64,000 nucleotides of DNA from Escherichia coli. Lineage in GTDB: Bacteria > Pseudomonadota > Gammaproteobacteria > Enterobacterales > Enterobacteriaceae. Positions within the stretch are counted from its first letter, which is position 1, and each line of letters opens with the position of its first letter. The notes under the pieces were generated by a model. The model was not told the DNA's origin, made no database searches, and saw only the letters and a list, made by a program, of their open reading frames with translations. Positions 44,854-57,983 of this stretch are shown here, piece by piece. The DNA is taken from NCBI RefSeq assembly GCF_009931435.1, contig NZ_CP043414.1; one strand, 5' to 3'. A program made the translations under genes and the position numbers.

Positions 44854-45921
44854 TTAGCCGTTCAGACCTAAACGCTCACCCTGATAGCTGCCGTCCTGCA
44901 CCTGCTTCCACCAGCTTTCATTAGCCAGATACCACTGCACTGTTTTACGCATTCCACTTTCAAAGGTTTCCTGCGGCAGCCAGCCAAGTTCACGGGCAAT
45001 TTTCGAAGCATCAATGGCATAGCGTAGGTCATGCCCTGGACGGTCAGCGACAAAGGTAATCAGATCGCGATAGTGCGCCACACCGTACGGTTTATTCGGG
45101 GCCAGTTCTTCCAGCAGCTCGCAGATGGTTTCCACAACCTCGAGATTCTTACGCTCGTTGTGACCACCAATATTATAGGTTTCACCGACTTTCCCGGTGG
45201 TCACCACGCAATACAGCGCGCGGGCATGATCTTCAACATATAACCAGTCACGGATTTGCTGCCCATTGCCATATACCGGCAGCGGTTTACCCGCCAGCGC
45301 GTTGAGGATCATCAGCGGGATCAGTTTTTCCGGAAAGTGGTAAGGACCGTAGTTATTAGAGCAGTTGGTGATTAACGTCGGCAGGCCGTAGGTCCGCAAC
45401 CAGGCGCGCACCAGATGGTCGCTGCTTGCTTTTGAAGCAGAATAAGGGCTGCTCGGCGAATACGGCGTGGTTTCGGTGAAGAAATCATCTGTGGAATGCA
45501 GGTCACCGTATACTTCGTCGGTGGAGATATGATGAAAACGGAACGCCGATTTTTTGTCTTCTGCCAGCGTATTCCAGTAAGCCCGCGCCGCTTCAAGCAG
45601 TGTATAAGTCCCGACAATGTTGGTTTCGATAAACGCTGCCGGGCCGTCAATAGAACGGTCAACATGGCTTTCAGCTGCCAGATGCATGACGCAGTCTGGC
45701 TGATGTTCTGTGAAAACACGCGCCAGTTCTGCCCGATCGCAGATATCAACTTTCTCAAAGGCAAAGCGATCGCTTTGCGCAACCGGTGCCAGCGACATCA
45801 GGTTTCCGGCGTAGGTCAGCTTATCGACCACCACCACCGCATCGCTCGTTTCGTTGATGATATAACGCACCAGCGCCGAGCCAATAAACCCGGCACCGCC
45901 TGTTATCAGAATCTTTCTCAT
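44854..45921 (-). CDS. rffG: dTDP-glucose 4,6-dehydratase
   Basis: 355 aa, [22 protein letters not shown] Rossmann motif and YxxxK (RmlB-type). Confidence 0.95.
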   Translation of the reverse strand: MRKILITGGAGFIGSALVRYIINETSDAVVVVDKLTYAGNLMSLAPVAQSDRFAFEKVDICDRAELARVFTEHQPDCVMHLAAESHVDRSIDGPAAFIETNIVGTYTLLEAARAYWNTLAEDKKSAFRFHHISTDEVYGDLHSTDDFFTETTPYSPSSPYSASKASSDHLVRAWLRTYGLPTLITNCSNNYGPYHFPEKLIPLMILNALAGKPLPVYGNGQQIRDWLYVEDHARALYCVVTTGKVGETYNIGGHNERKNLEVVETICELLEELAPNKPYGVAHYRDLITFVADRPGHDLRYAIDASKIARELGWLPQETFESGMRKTVQWYLANESWWKQVQDGSYQGERLGLNG

Positions 45922-47183
45922 TAGCGCCAGACTCCTTTGGCATCGACGACATACTGCTGATGGACGTTGTCGCCATTGATAACTTTGAACTGACTATGAT
46001 CGACCAACATCACCAGCACATCTGCCGTTGCCAGCGCCTCGTCAAGCTGCGCCAGAGTACAAAGCCCATTCAGTTTGTTCGGCAACTGGTGAATGTTAGG
46101 CTCAACAACCAGCGTTTCGCCGCTGTGCCACTGAGCGATCAATTCAGCGATTTCCATCGCCGGACTTTCGCGCAGGTCATCAATATTCGGTTTAAACGCC
46201 AGACCAAAACAGGCAATTTTCAGCTCACTGGCGCGTTTATCGGTAGCGGCCAGGCAGTCGGCAACCGCCGCTTTGACCTGATCAATCACCCAGAACGGTT
46301 TGTGATCGTTCACTTCACGCGCGGTACGGATAAGCCGCGCCTGCTGCGGATTCTGTGCCACGATAAACCACGGATCAACAGCGATGCAGTGGCCGCCCAC
46401 GCCTGGGCCAGGCTGAAGAATATTGACGCGTGGGTGGCGATTCGCCAGGCGAATCAGTTCCCAGACGTTAATCCCCTGATCGGCACAAATCAGCGACAAT
46501 TCATTAGCAAAAGCGATATTCACATCGCGGAAGCTGTTTTCGGTGAGCTTACACATTTCCGCCGTTCGCGAGTTAGTGACGACACACTCACCTTCGAGGA
46601 AAATTTTGTACAGTTCGCTGGCACGGGCCGAACAAACCGGCGTCATACCACCAATCACGCGATCGTTTTTAATCAGCTCGACCATAACCTGGCCCGGTAA
46701 CACGCGTTCCGGGCAGTAAGCAATGTTGACGTCCGCCTGCTCGCCCACCTGCTGTGGGAAAGTCAGGTCCGGACGCATCTCTGCTAACCATTCTGCCATC
46801 TTCTCGGTTGACCCCACCGGCGAGGTGGATTCAAGGATCACCAGCGCGCCTTTTTTCAGCACTGGCGCAATGGAGCGAGCAGCCGATTCAACGTAAGCCA
46901 TATCAGGCTCATGATCGCCTTTAAACGGCGTGGGTACAGCAATCAGCCAGGCATCCGCTTCAACCGGCGTCGTGCTCGCTCGTAAAAAACCGCCTTCTAC
47001 GGCAGTTTTTACTACGCTCGCCAAATCAGGCTCGACGATATGGATTTCGCCACGATTGATGGTATCAACCGCGTGTTGGTTGATATCAACACCAATCACC
47101 TGTTTTTGCCGGGAGGCAAACGCTGCCGCCGTTGGCAGTCCAATGTAACCCAGTCCAATGACAGAAATGGTCGCAAAACTCAT
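45921..47183 (-). CDS. wecC: UDP-N-acetyl-D-mannosamine dehydrogenase
   Basis: 420 aa, [23 protein letters not shown] (UDP-sugar dehydrogenase NAD-binding motif). Confidence 0.95.
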   Translation of the reverse strand: MSFATISVIGLGYIGLPTAAAFASRQKQVIGVDINQHAVDTINRGEIHIVEPDLASVVKTAVEGGFLRASTTPVEADAWLIAVPTPFKGDHEPDMAYVESAARSIAPVLKKGALVILESTSPVGSTEKMAEWLAEMRPDLTFPQQVGEQADVNIAYCPERVLPGQVMVELIKNDRVIGGMTPVCSARASELYKIFLEGECVVTNSRTAEMCKLTENSFRDVNIAFANELSLICADQGINVWELIRLANRHPRVNILQPGPGVGGHCIAVDPWFIVAQNPQQARLIRTAREVNDHKPFWVIDQVKAAVADCLAATDKRASELKIACFGLAFKPNIDDLRESPAMEIAELIAQWHSGETLVVEPNIHQLPNKLNGLCTLAQLDEALATADVLVMLVDHSQFKVINGDNVHQQYVVDAKGVWR

Positions 47184-48310
47184 AGTGATATCCGATTATT
47201 TTTTAACGCTTCCAGAATGCGAGAGCATGCCTGACCATCACCATACGGGTTATGGGCGCGGCTCATGGTTTGATATTCGTTTTCGTCTTTTAAAAGACGC
47301 GTCACTTCCTCGACGATTCGCTGCTTATCCGTGCCGACCAGACGTACCGTACCCGCCTTCACTGCTTCCGGACGTTCAGTGGTTTCACGCATCACCAGCA
47401 CTGGTTTCCCCAGCGAAGGCGCTTCCTCCTGAATGCCACCTGAATCGGTCAAAATCAGCCAGGCGTGGTTCATCAGCCAGACAAACGGTAAATACTCCTG
47501 GGGATCGATCAGAATGACATTTTTCACGTGCCCCAGAATGCGATTGACCGGCTCTCTGACATTCGGGTTGAGATGCACCGGATAGACAATCTGAATGTCC
47601 TGGTGAGTGGTGGCGATGTCTGCCAGCGCATGGCAGATTTCTTCAAAGCCACGACCAAAACTCTCACGTCTGTGACCGGTCACCAGAATCATTTTTTTAT
47701 CAGGGTCGATAAACGGATAATTTGCCGCCAGTTCTGAACGCAGCGTATCGCTGCTCATCACCTGGTCACGCACCCATAACAGTGCATCAATAACGGTATT
47801 ACCGGTAATGAAGATTCGGCTGTCAGCAACGTTTTCACGCAGCAAGTTTTGCCGGGACGTTTCGGTTGGAGAGAAGTGATACATCGCCAGATGCCCGGTC
47901 AATGTACGATTTGCCTCTTCCGGCCACGGCGAATAGAGATCGCCCGTGCGCAGACCAGCCTCAACGTGACCAACAGGAATACGCTGATAAAACGCCGCCA
48001 GACTGGTTGCCAGCGTCGTCGTCGTATCGCCGTGAACCAGCACGACGTCTGGTTTGAACTCGGCAAGAATAGGTTTTAGCCCTTCCAGAATCCGACAGGT
48101 TATCTCTGTCAGACCCTGTCCTGGCTGCATTATGTTGAGATCGTAGTCAGGTACAATGGAAAAGAGTTTCAGCACCTGATCGAGCATCTCCCGATGCTGC
48201 GCAGTGACGCAAACTTTAGCCTCAAAAAAAGGATCTTTTGCCAACGCATGCACCAACGGCGCCATCTTGATGGCTTCCGGGCGCGTACCAAATACAGTCA
48301 GTACTTTCAC
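47180..48310 (-). CDS. wecB: UDP-N-acetylglucosamine 2-epimerase
   Basis: Start trimmed to GTG at 48310 ([20 protein letters not shown]), 376 aa as recalled for K-12; the longer ATG-started ORF adds 14 residues. Confidence 0.9.
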   Translation of the reverse strand: MKVLTVFGTRPEAIKMAPLVHALAKDPFFEAKVCVTAQHREMLDQVLKLFSIVPDYDLNIMQPGQGLTEITCRILEGLKPILAEFKPDVVLVHGDTTTTLATSLAAFYQRIPVGHVEAGLRTGDLYSPWPEEANRTLTGHLAMYHFSPTETSRQNLLRENVADSRIFITGNTVIDALLWVRDQVMSSDTLRSELAANYPFIDPDKKMILVTGHRRESFGRGFEEICHALADIATTHQDIQIVYPVHLNPNVREPVNRILGHVKNVILIDPQEYLPFVWLMNHAWLILTDSGGIQEEAPSLGKPVLVMRETTERPEAVKAGTVRLVGTDKQRIVEEVTRLLKDENEYQTMSRAHNPYGDGQACSRILEALKNNRISL

Positions 48311-48365
48311 ATCGATTCTCTTCGAATAAGCGGCGAGCGCCTTTGCGCTCACCGCAGCAGTGTTG

Positions 48366-49412
48366 CTATTTCGAGCAACGGCGGGTTAATGCGACACCAG
48401 CCCCGATCAGCCCCCCGACAATGCCCCACATAATCATCAGGAAGGCACGACGTGGGCTATCGCGTTTTACCGGTTCTTCCGGCGTACGCAAATAGCGATA
48501 GGTCTGAAAACGCGGATCCAGGGTTGGACCAACATTCAGGGTGTTTAACATGGCCCGATTCTGATCATAGTCGAGATCAAAGGCCGGACCGACGGCCTGT
48601 AAATTTTCCAGTCGCGCCTGGAGCATTGGACGCCCAAGCAGGAACATTTCTGAATCAGGTAGTTCCTCGGCAGGTACATCTGTCGCACTGCGCGAAATAT
48701 TATGCTGCTCAGCAATTTTCAGCGCCTGTTCAATGCTGTTCATCCGGCGGTCGTAGATGGCTTTCGCCACTTCTTCCTGACGCTTCACCTGAGCTTTCAT
48801 CTGGATGGTACGCGCCGCCCATGCGCCTTTCAGCTCATCATTCAGATGGCTGGCAGCTCGTTGGCTGGCAAACGCAACATACTGACGTAACAGGTTATTA
48901 GCGTCAGGCGCGGTTTCGGCAATCAGCTTAACGCTATCATTGACCGCACGCGTGAAGTCACCGGGAATAAACACGATGTTGTTAATCATTTCATCCAGCA
49001 ACGCCGCATCGGCTTTGCTGTTCCCGACCATCCGCTGTTTATAATAGTCTGTCTGCAACCAGAAATCGCGGCGGGTATCCCACGAGGCCAGTTGCATAAC
49101 AAACTCTTTATAGGCTTCATCCATGACCGATGGTTGGTCGGCAGAAGCCATGTTCGAACGGACGTCCAGGTTACGCAAAAATTGCTGCTGCGAGTAGTAT
49201 CCTCCCAGCATATTCACTGTTGGACGATCGGTAATCGCCGTCGAGCTCCACTCCTGACGAGCAAAAAAAGTATACGCCAGCGCGATTAACGCAAACGCCA
49301 GCCCCATGCCAATAATCCACAGCTTCCCAGCCCACAAGGTACGAAACAACCCACGAATATCCAGTTCATTTTCAGCGTCTTCGGCCGGTTTCCCAGGCAT
49401 TGGTTGTGTCAT
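48366..49412 (-). CDS. wzzE: ECA polysaccharide chain-length modulation protein
   Basis: Start at the second Met ([14 protein letters not shown]), 348 aa; Wzz-type with TM helices at both ends. Confidence 0.93.
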   Translation of the reverse strand: MTQPMPGKPAEDAENELDIRGLFRTLWAGKLWIIGMGLAFALIALAYTFFARQEWSSTAITDRPTVNMLGGYYSQQQFLRNLDVRSNMASADQPSVMDEAYKEFVMQLASWDTRRDFWLQTDYYKQRMVGNSKADAALLDEMINNIVFIPGDFTRAVNDSVKLIAETAPDANNLLRQYVAFASQRAASHLNDELKGAWAARTIQMKAQVKRQEEVAKAIYDRRMNSIEQALKIAEQHNISRSATDVPAEELPDSEMFLLGRPMLQARLENLQAVGPAFDLDYDQNRAMLNTLNVGPTLDPRFQTYRYLRTPEEPVKRDSPRRAFLMIMWGIVGGLIGAGVALTRRCSK

Positions 49413-49423
49413 CACATCCTCAT

Positions 49424-50527
49424 TTATTTGGTTAAATTGGGGCTGCCACCACGATTTCTACGCAGTCTGCGTTTTACGCGCTTAATAAAGCGAGCAACTT
49501 TCCAGGCACGCTTAATGCAATATCCATAGAGGAAGAATGCTAGCAAAAAGAGCACCAGCATGACCCATTCCGGGACAAAATGAGAGTATTCTGCCAGCAC
49601 GCCAATTGAGGCGAGCAGTGCTGCGGCAAGGGTAATCAGCACAAACGCCTGGCGGGAAGTAAACCCGGCACGCATGATCAAATGGTGAATATGCTGACGG
49701 TCAGGAGAGAATGGGCTCATGCCTTTACGCAGGCGACGGTACATAATTGCCACCATATCCATTAGCGGAATGGCGATAATCCATAATGCAGTAACCGGGC
49801 TTATTGGGTGCGTTTTTCCCTGAGTCGTTTCGAGCAGGATCCAGATAACGGTAAAACCAATCAGCGTACTGCCCGCATCACCCATAAAGACTTTGTAGCG
49901 GCGACCCAGGATACCAAGGTTGAGCATGATATAGGGCAGGATGGCGGCGATCATCGCAAAGCACCAGATAGCGAGGCTGGTTTGCCCGTCGAACCACAAA
50001 ATCATACCGATTGCTGCAAACGAGACGCAGGACAACCCGCCCAGCAAGCCATCAATGCCATCAACCATGTTGAAAGCATTAATTGCCGCCCAGACGGCAA
50101 ATAGCGTCAGGAAGTAGCCAAACGGTCCGAGCACCATCTCCCAGGAGCCAAAGATATAACCCAGGCTACTGAGATAAAGTTTGCCGAACACCATCATAAC
50201 AATGCCAACAGCGGCCTGTATGGTGGCACGGATTTTTACGCTGATATCAAAACGGTCATCCAGCGCACCGATGAACACAAGCACACCGGCACAAGCAAGA
50301 TAGAGAGATGCATGCGGAATATAATAATCGACAATTCCGAACGTGAAGCAAATCCCTGCGTAAACCGAAATACCCCCAACGAGAGGTATCAATCCCTGGT
50401 GACGTTTGCGGAAGTTAGGTTTATCCACTAAACCGACTTTTTTTGCTACCTTTCGGGCAAAAAACAGAAACAGTGTCGTGAATAAAAAAATACTGATGAG
50501 ATCAGTACTCACTGTCAGTAAATTCAC
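49424..50527 (-). CDS. wecA: UDP-GlcNAc:undecaprenyl-phosphate GlcNAc-1-phosphate transferase
   Basis: 367 aa polytopic membrane protein, MraY/WecA family; first gene of the ECA cluster, downstream of rho. Confidence 0.95.
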   Translation of the reverse strand: MNLLTVSTDLISIFLFTTLFLFFARKVAKKVGLVDKPNFRKRHQGLIPLVGGISVYAGICFTFGIVDYYIPHASLYLACAGVLVFIGALDDRFDISVKIRATIQAAVGIVMMVFGKLYLSSLGYIFGSWEMVLGPFGYFLTLFAVWAAINAFNMVDGIDGLLGGLSCVSFAAIGMILWFDGQTSLAIWCFAMIAAILPYIMLNLGILGRRYKVFMGDAGSTLIGFTVIWILLETTQGKTHPISPVTALWIIAIPLMDMVAIMYRRLRKGMSPFSPDRQHIHHLIMRAGFTSRQAFVLITLAAALLASIGVLAEYSHFVPEWVMLVLFLLAFFLYGYCIKRAWKVARFIKRVKRRLRRNRGGSPNLTK

Positions 50528-50725
50528 AATGCATGCTCTCAGAGAAAATTATTAGCAGAAGTATAACCACGAAGACCTTTATTCAGAAGGGAAAGTCCGT
50601 TCCGAACCCACCAGCCCTGTGCAAAAATTAATCATTCGATATGCAAATTGCATAACACACGAGCAAAACCCAGGAATTTTCCTAACATTGCCAGTGCGGC
50701 AATAAGATTACAGATATAAAAGCAA

Positions 50726-50749
50726 AACGCCACGTAAACACGTGGCGTT
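50726..50749 (-). terminator. hairpin terminator downstream of rho
   Basis: aacgccacgt-aaac-acgtggcgtt perfect inverted repeat flanked by A/T runs on both sides, about 20 bp 3' of the rho stop. Confidence 0.5.
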
Positions 50750-50766
50750 TTTGGCATAAGACAAAT

Positions 50767-52026
50767 TTATGAGCGCTTCATCATTTCGAAGAAATCGTCA
50801 TTGGTCTTGGTCATCGCCAGTTTATTAATGAGGAACTCCATGGCATCGATTTCGCCCATCGGGTGAATGATTTTGCGCAGGATCCACATTTTCTGCAGCT
50901 CTTCCTGAGTAGTGAGCAGCTCTTCTTTACGGGTACCGGAACGGTTGTAGTCGATTGCCGGGAAGACGCGTTTTTCAGCGATCTTACGAGAGAGGTGCAG
51001 TTCCATGTTGCCTGTACCTTTAAACTCTTCGTAGATAACTTCGTCCATCTTGGAACCGGTATCGATAAGCGCGGTAGCGATAATGGTCAGGCTGCCACCC
51101 TCTTCCACGTTACGCGCCGCACCGAAGAAGCGTTTCGGACGATGCAGGGCGTTGGCATCCACACCACCAGTCAGCACTTTACCTGACGCCGGAACAACGG
51201 TGTTGTAAGCGCGCGCCAAACGAGTGATGGAGTCGAGCAGAATGATAACGTCTTTCTTGTGCTCAACCAGGCGTTTCGCCTTCTCGATCACCATTTCCGC
51301 AACCTGAACGTGGCGAGATGCGGGTTCGTCAAAGGTAGAAGCAACAACTTCACCTTTTACCAGTCGCTGCATCTCGGTTACTTCTTCCGGACGTTCGTCG
51401 ATCAGCAGAACCATCAGCACACAATCCGGGTGGTTGTAAGCAATGCTCTGAGCAATGTTCTGCAGCAGCATGGTTTTACCGGCTTTCGGCGGTGCCACAA
51501 TCAGACCACGCTGACCACGACCGATAGGTGATGCCAGATCCAGTACGCGAGCGGTTAAATCTTCAGTAGAACCGTTACCACGTTCCATGCGCAGACGAGA
51601 GTTTGCGTGCAGCGGGGTTAAGTTCTCAAAGAGGATTTTGTTGCGGGCGTTTTCAGGTTTGTCGAAGTTAACTTCGTTAACTTTCAGCAGCGCAAAATAG
51701 CGTTCACCTTCTTTCGGCGGGCGAATCTTACCAGAGATGGTATCACCAGTGCGGAGGTTGAAACGGCGGATTTGGCTAGGAGAAACGTAGATGTCATCAG
51801 GACCGGCGAGGTAGGAGCTGTCTGCGGAACGGAGGAAACCAAATCCATCCTGCAATATCTCCAGTACGCCATCACCAAAGATATCTTCGCCACTCTTTGC
51901 GTGCTGCTTCAGGATGGCAAAAATAATGTCCTGCTTACGCATACGAGCCAGGTTTTCCAGCCCCATATTTTCGCCGAGAGTGATCAGCTCAGAAACCGGC
52001 GTATTCTTTAATTCGGTAAGATTCAT
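50767..52026 (-). CDS. rho: transcription termination factor Rho
   Basis: Start trimmed to ATG at 52026 ([40 protein letters not shown]), 419 aa; the longer 443 aa ORF is an upstream in-frame extension. Confidence 0.97.
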
Positions 52027-52110
52027 AGTGGTGTGAGTTCTTAAACTTGGGGTAAATCTCGAACTTAATGTTGTGAATGGTATGGCAGGATCATCCATGC
52101 CTGTTTACGG

Positions 52111-52212
52111 TCATCGACTCATGTCTTTTCGCTGCCTGGTCACAGGAGAGTACGCAGAACTGAAACGACAAGACGGATTGAGTGACGAGCCAGAAATCTG
52201 TTCACTTCGCAT
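52111..52212 (-). CDS. rhoL: rho operon leader peptide
   Basis: Minus strand translates to MRSEQISGSSLNPSCRFSSAYSPVTRQRKDMSR, the remembered 33 aa RhoL, just upstream of rho. Confidence 0.75.
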   Translation of the reverse strand: MRSEQISGSSLNPSCRFSSAYSPVTRQRKDMSR

Positions 52213-52352
52213 TTAAGATAAAACGGGAAGCGTTGGAAATTACAAGATTCAAACTTAATAAGGTATGTTTAATACGAAGTCAACACTAAGTTAGCATGAC
52301 TCACGCCGGGCGTCCAGTTTTTAGCGACAGGGCACCCGAACATGAAATTCCC

Positions 52353-52682
52353 TTACGCCAGGTTAGCGTCGAGGAACTCTTTCAACTGACCTTTAGACAG
52401 TGCGCCCACTTTGGTTGCCGCCACTTCACCGTTTTTGAACAGCAGCAGAGTCGGGATACCACGGATGCCATATTTCGGCGCAGTGCCAGGGTTTTGATCG
52501 ATGTTCAGTTTTGCAACGGTCAGTTTGCCCTGATATTCGTCAGCGATTTCATCCAGAATCGGGGCGATCATTTTGCACGGACCGCACCACTCTGCCCAGA
52601 AATCAACGAGGATCGCCCCGTCCGCTTTGAGTACATCCGTGTCAAAACTGTCGTCAGTCAGGTGAATAATTTTATCGCTCAT
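52353..52682 (-). CDS. trxA: thioredoxin 1
   Basis: Start trimmed to ATG at 52682 ([39 protein letters not shown]), 109 aa with WCGPC active site. Confidence 0.97.
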
Positions 52683-52812
52683 ATATAACTCCACAGGAAT
52701 AAGCCTGGCGTGTTGGTTTCGTTGTTGGTGTAACATTAACCAACTAAAGGTTGACTTTATTTCACCGGATACGCTTTCGTAAAGCAATAGTAAGCTGATA
52801 TTCTACCACACT

Positions 52813-54078
52813 ATGAGCAAAACACATTTAACAGAACAGAAGTTTTCCGACTTCGCCCTGCATCCGAAGGTTGTAGAAGCCCTTGAAAAAAAAGGGTTTC
52901 ATAACTGTACGCCCATTCAGGCACTGGCCCTTCCGCTGACGCTGGCGGGTCGTGACGTAGCCGGGCAGGCGCAAACCGGTACCGGGAAAACGATGGCGTT
53001 TCTTACGTCAACGTTTCATTATCTTCTCTCTCATCCCGCGATTGCCGATCGCAAGGTGAATCAGCCGCGTGCCTTAATTATGGCACCGACGCGTGAACTT
53101 GCCGTGCAGATCCACGCCGATGCGGAGCCACTGGCGCAAGCTACCGGCCTGAAGCTGGGTCTGGCTTACGGTGGTGATGGCTACGACAAACAGCTGAAAG
53201 TGCTGGAAAGCGGCGTTGACATACTGATTGGCACCACGGGTCGTTTAATTGACTACGCCAAGCAGAACCACATTAACCTCGGTGCCATTCAGGTGGTGGT
53301 ACTGGACGAAGCCGATCGCATGTACGATCTGGGCTTTATTAAAGATATACGCTGGCTGTTCCGCCGTATGCCGCCTGCAAACCAGCGCCTCAACATGCTG
53401 TTCTCCGCCACGCTTTCGTACCGGGTACGCGAACTGGCATTCGAGCAGATGAACAATGCCGAATATATTGAAGTGGAACCGGAACAGAAAACGGGCCACC
53501 GTATAAAAGAAGAGCTTTTCTACCCTTCTAACGAAGAAAAAATGCGTTTGCTGCAAACGCTGATTGAAGAAGAATGGCCAGACCGAGCGATTATTTTCGC
53601 CAACACCAAACATCGTTGTGAAGAGATCTGGGGCCACCTGGCGGCAGATGGTCATCGTGTCGGTTTGTTGACAGGCGATGTCGCGCAGAAAAAACGTCTG
53701 CGTATTCTTGATGAATTTACCCGTGGCGATCTGGATATTCTGGTTGCCACCGACGTTGCCGCGCGTGGTTTGCATATTCCGGCAGTGACGCACGTCTTTA
53801 ACTACGATTTACCCGATGACTGTGAAGATTACGTTCACCGTATTGGTCGTACAGGTCGCGCAGGCGCAAGCGGTCACTCTATCAGCCTGGCCTGTGAAGA
53901 GTATGCATTGAATTTGCCTGCTATTGAGACCTATATTGGTCACTCAATTCCGGTAAGCAAATACAATCCGGACGCATTGATGACCGATCTGCCAAAACCG
54001 CTGCGCCTCACACGCCCGCGTACAGGTAATGGTCCGCGTCGTACTGGCGCTCCGCGTAATCGTCGTCGTTCAGGTTAA
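52813..54078 (+). CDS. rhlB: ATP-dependent RNA helicase RhlB (degradosome component)
   Basis: 421 aa DEAD-box helicase: Q motif, [12 protein letters not shown] box (VLDEADRM), [13 protein letters not shown]. Confidence 0.96.
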   Translation: MSKTHLTEQKFSDFALHPKVVEALEKKGFHNCTPIQALALPLTLAGRDVAGQAQTGTGKTMAFLTSTFHYLLSHPAIADRKVNQPRALIMAPTRELAVQIHADAEPLAQATGLKLGLAYGGDGYDKQLKVLESGVDILIGTTGRLIDYAKQNHINLGAIQVVVLDEADRMYDLGFIKDIRWLFRRMPPANQRLNMLFSATLSYRVRELAFEQMNNAEYIEVEPEQKTGHRIKEELFYPSNEEKMRLLQTLIEEEWPDRAIIFANTKHRCEEIWGHLAADGHRVGLLTGDVAQKKRLRILDEFTRGDLDILVATDVAARGLHIPAVTHVFNYDLPDDCEDYVHRIGRTGRAGASGHSISLACEEYALNLPAIETYIGHSIPVSKYNPDALMTDLPKPLRLTRPRTGNGPRRTGAPRNRRRSG

Positions 54079-54124
54079 ATAAAAAATGTCATACTCAAAA
54101 TCATTCAAACTGTATCAAGATGGC

Positions 54125-54192
54125 AAGAGAATTAATCCCAATGAGCTTACTGTAGTAAGTGATTCGGATGAAAGAACGCAGCCAACGCAGAG
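54125..54192. repeat. ERIC / IRU intergenic repeat element (second copy)
   Basis: atcccaatgagcttactgtagtaagtgattcggatgaaagaacgcagccaacgcag, roughly 85 % identical over about 55 nt to the copy at 2855-2910 and in the same orientation. Confidence 0.55.
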
Positions 54193-54213
54193 ACAGATTG
54201 AAGGATGAAGAGT

Positions 54214-55698
54214 ATGGGTTCCACCTCGTCATTATATGCAGCCATTGATCTCGGTTCGAATAGTTTTCATATGCTGGTTGTGCGCGAGGTGGCTGGAAGC
54301 ATCCAGACGCTGACGCGAATTAAACGCAAAGTGCGTCTGGCTGCTGGCCTGAACAGCGAAAATGCCCTGTCTAATGAAGCAATGGAGCGCGGTTGGCAAT
54401 GTTTGCGCCTGTTTGCTGAACGTCTGCAAGATATCCCTCCCTCACAAATTCGCGTTGTCGCTACGGCGACGTTACGCCTTGCCGTCAATGCCGGTGATTT
54501 TATTGCCAAAGCGCAGGAAATCCTCGGTTGTCCGGTACAAGTGATCAGCGGTGAAGAAGAAGCCCGCCTGATTTATCAGGGTGTTGCTCACACCACTGGC
54601 GGTGCCGATCAGCGCCTGGTGGTAGATATCGGCGGTGCCAGTACTGAACTGGTAACCGGTACTGGCGCACAAACCACCTCGTTGTTCAGCCTGTCGATGG
54701 GCTGCGTCACCTGGCTGGAACGCTATTTTGCCGATCGTAATCTGGGGCAGGAAAATTTTGATGCCGCAGAAAAAGCGGCACGCGAAGTGTTACGTCCGGT
54801 TGCCGATGAATTGCGGTATCACGGCTGGAAAGTATGCGTTGGTGCTTCCGGCACTGTGCAGGCCTTACAAGAAATCATGATGGCACAGGGGATGGATGAA
54901 CGGATTACCCTGGAAAAGTTGCAGCAACTGAAACAACGCGCCATTCATTGTGGTCGACTGGAGGAACTGGAGATCGACGGACTGACGCTGGAACGTGCGT
55001 TAGTGTTCCCGAGTGGTCTGGCGATCCTGATAGCCATTTTTACCGAACTGAATATTCAGTGTATGACCCTGGCTGGCGGTGCACTGCGTGAAGGCCTGGT
55101 CTACGGCATGTTGCATCTGGCCGTCGAGCAGGATATTCGCAGCCGTACACTGCGTAATATTCAACGCCGCTTTATGATCGATATTGATCAGGCTCAGCGA
55201 GTAGCCAAAGTTGCGGCTAACTTCTTCGATCAGGTGGAAAACGAATGGCATCTTGAAGCGATTAGCCGTGATTTGCTCATCAGCGCCTGTCAGCTTCATG
55301 AAATCGGTCTGAGCGTTGATTTCAAACAAGCGCCGCAACATGCTGCTTATCTGGTGCGTAATCTGGATCTTCCCGGTTTTACGCCTGCACAGAAAAAATT
55401 ACTGGCGACGCTACTACTCAACCAGACGAACCCAATAGATCTCTCCTCGTTGCATCAACAAAATGCCGTACCGCCACGCGTCGCAGAACAACTCTGCCGT
55501 TTACTACGCCTGGCCATCATTTTTGCCAGCCGTCGCCGTGACGATCTCGTGCCAGAGATGACATTAAAGGCCAACCATGAACTGTTGACCTTGACGCTTC
55601 CGCAAGGTTGGCTAACCCAACATCCGCTGGGTAAAGAGATTATTGATCAGGAAAGCCAGTGGCAAAGCTATGTTCACTGGCCGTTGGAAGTACATTAA
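54214..55698 (+). CDS. gppA: guanosine pentaphosphate phosphohydrolase / exopolyphosphatase
   Basis: Start trimmed to ATG at 54214 ([23 protein letters not shown]), Ppx/GppA family; 494 aa. Confidence 0.93.
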   Translation: MGSTSSLYAAIDLGSNSFHMLVVREVAGSIQTLTRIKRKVRLAAGLNSENALSNEAMERGWQCLRLFAERLQDIPPSQIRVVATATLRLAVNAGDFIAKAQEILGCPVQVISGEEEARLIYQGVAHTTGGADQRLVVDIGGASTELVTGTGAQTTSLFSLSMGCVTWLERYFADRNLGQENFDAAEKAAREVLRPVADELRYHGWKVCVGASGTVQALQEIMMAQGMDERITLEKLQQLKQRAIHCGRLEELEIDGLTLERALVFPSGLAILIAIFTELNIQCMTLAGGALREGLVYGMLHLAVEQDIRSRTLRNIQRRFMIDIDQAQRVAKVAANFFDQVENEWHLEAISRDLLISACQLHEIGLSVDFKQAPQHAAYLVRNLDLPGFTPAQKKLLATLLLNQTNPIDLSSLHQQNAVPPRVAEQLCRLLRLAIIFASRRRDDLVPEMTLKANHELLTLTLPQGWLTQHPLGKEIIDQESQWQSYVHWPLEVH

Positions 55699-55706
55699 AG
55701 AATAAT

Positions 55707-55742
55707 ATGCCGGATGCGATGCTCGCGCATCTTACCCGGCCT
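55707..55742. repeat. REP-like palindromic unit
   Basis: atgccggatgcgatgctcgcgcatcttacccggcct between the convergent gppA and rep genes. Confidence 0.5.
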
Positions 55743-55745
55743 TGA

Positions 55746-57767
55746 TTATTTCCCTCGTTTTGCTGCCATCATCGCCTTCAGATTTGCCAGATGGTTTTGG
55801 CCTTTCTGCATTCGTTCTTCGGCGCTGACAACTTTGCGCTCCTGTTCCCAAACCAAATCATCCTGCGGCAGCTCCAGCAGGAAGCGACTCGGCTCCGGGC
55901 GCACCAGTTCGCCGTACTGACGGCGTTCTTTACACAGCGTAAAGGTCAATTCCTTCTGGGCGCGGGTGATGCCAACATAGGCCAGCCGACGCTCCTCATC
56001 GATATTGTCTTCATCGATGCTGCTCTGGTGGGGCAAAAATCCTTCTTCCATACCGACCATGTAGACATAGGGAAACTCCAGCCCTTTTGACGCGTGCAGA
56101 GTCATCAGTTGTACCTGATCCAGCTCTTCCTCGCTCTCGCCGCGCTCCATCATGTCTCGCAGAGTAAAGCGCGTCACCACCTGAGTGAGCGTCATCGGCT
56201 CATCCAGTTCACTGCCTTCCAGCATCTCCGTCATCCAGCTAAACAGTTGGTTGACGTTCTTCATGCGCATTTCGGCAGCTTTCGGGCTGGGCGATGTTTC
56301 ATACAGCCAGGATTCATAATCCATGCCGTGGATCAGATCGCGTACTGCGGCAATCGGCTCCCGCTCCGCCAGGCGCTGGATTTCCGCCAGCCAGTGAGTG
56401 AAGCGGGTCAATGCTTCATAACCACGTCCACTAAGCGTCTGACTCAGGCCCATATCAAAACTGGCGGTAAACATACTTTTATTGCGCGTCATCGCCCACT
56501 CGCCCAGCTTTTTCAGCGTCGCCGGACCAATCTCTCTCTTCGGCGTGTTAACGATACGCAGGAACGCACTATCATCGTCCGGGTTAGTCAGCACACGCAG
56601 ATAAGCCAGCAAATCCTTGATTTCCGGGCGAGAGAAGAATGAAGTACCGCCAGATATTTTGTACGGGATGCGGTTTTGCATCAGGAATTTTTCAAACACC
56701 CGCGACTGATGGTTACCACGATAAAGAATGGCGTAATCTTTGTACTGCGTTTTATTGACGAAGTGATGGGCGATCAATTCACCGGTGACGCGCTCGGCCT
56801 CATGTTCCTCGTTATTCGCGCTTAAAACTTTTAGCTCTGTGCCGTAACCCAGTTCAGAAAAAAGACGCTTTTCAAAGACGTGCGGGTTATTGGCGATAAG
56901 GATGTTCGCCGCTTTCAGAATACGCCCGGAAGAGCGATAGTTCTGTTCGAGTTTAATCACCTTCAGCGCCGGAAAATCCTGGCTCAACAGCACCAGGTTT
57001 TGCGGACGTGCGCCGCGCCAGGAGTAGATCGACTGGTCGTCATCGCCAACTACGGTAAAGCGCGCGCGGCTGCCCACCAGCAGTTTCACCAGTTCATACT
57101 GGCTGGTGTTGGTGTCCTGATACTCATCCACCAGCAGGTAGCGAATTTTGTTCTGCCAGCGCTCGCGGACTTCTTCATTGCGTTGCAGCAGTAACGTCGG
57201 CAATAAAATCAGATCGTCGAAGTCGAGAACGTTGCACGCTTTCAGGTGTGAATCATACAGCCCATAACAATGGGCAAAAATACGGTCCCGCTCGCCCTTT
57301 GCTTCTGCCGCCGCCTGCGCCGGTGTTTTGAGATCGTTCTTCCAATTGGAGATGGTCGAAATCAGCTGTTGCAGAAGAACTTTGTCATCTTCAATCAGCC
57401 CCTCGGTCAGTTCTTTGAGCAACGCCAGTTGATCGGTATCGTCAAACAGTGAAAAGTTCGCTTTCATCCCAAGCGCCGCATACTCCCGTTTGATGATATC
57501 CAGCCCTAATGTATGGAAGGTGGAGATCATCAGCCCGCGCGCCTCTTTACGCCCCAGCGTCTGCCCGACACGCTCTTTCATCTCGCGCGCCGCCTTATTG
57601 GTAAAGGTCACCGCCGCGATATGTCGCGCCTGATAACCGCAACCGCGGATCAGATGGGCGATTTTATTGGTGATAACACGAGTTTTACCGGAACCCGCGC
57701 CCGCCAGCACCAGGCAGGGGCCGGTAACGAATTCGACAGCTTGTTGTTGGCCGGGGTTTAGACGCAT
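55746..57767 (-). CDS. rep: ATP-dependent DNA helicase Rep
   Basis: Start trimmed to ATG at 57767 ([33 protein letters not shown]), 673 aa. Confidence 0.96.
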   Translation of the reverse strand: MRLNPGQQQAVEFVTGPCLVLAGAGSGKTRVITNKIAHLIRGCGYQARHIAAVTFTNKAAREMKERVGQTLGRKEARGLMISTFHTLGLDIIKREYAALGMKANFSLFDDTDQLALLKELTEGLIEDDKVLLQQLISTISNWKNDLKTPAQAAAEAKGERDRIFAHCYGLYDSHLKACNVLDFDDLILLPTLLLQRNEEVRERWQNKIRYLLVDEYQDTNTSQYELVKLLVGSRARFTVVGDDDQSIYSWRGARPQNLVLLSQDFPALKVIKLEQNYRSSGRILKAANILIANNPHVFEKRLFSELGYGTELKVLSANNEEHEAERVTGELIAHHFVNKTQYKDYAILYRGNHQSRVFEKFLMQNRIPYKISGGTSFFSRPEIKDLLAYLRVLTNPDDDSAFLRIVNTPKREIGPATLKKLGEWAMTRNKSMFTASFDMGLSQTLSGRGYEALTRFTHWLAEIQRLAEREPIAAVRDLIHGMDYESWLYETSPSPKAAEMRMKNVNQLFSWMTEMLEGSELDEPMTLTQVVTRFTLRDMMERGESEEELDQVQLMTLHASKGLEFPYVYMVGMEEGFLPHQSSIDEDNIDEERRLAYVGITRAQKELTFTLCKERRQYGELVRPEPSRFLLELPQDDLVWEQERKVVSAEERMQKGQNHLANLKAMMAAKRGK

Positions 57768-57983
57768 AGGTGTATTGCTCAATCTTCGAACGGGGGGAGG
57801 ATTGTAGCAGAATCGCATTTGAATGTGACCGAGTGAAAACCGCTAACCGGATGGCTGCGGATGTTTAAATCAGAGAGGGAAGGCCGAAACCAGAGTTCAT
57901 CATGAATCCATTAGACTTAGAAAATATCGGGTCGTAACGTTGTGTTATTACTTTTTCAGAGTTTACTAAGGAGAGGTTTACTC

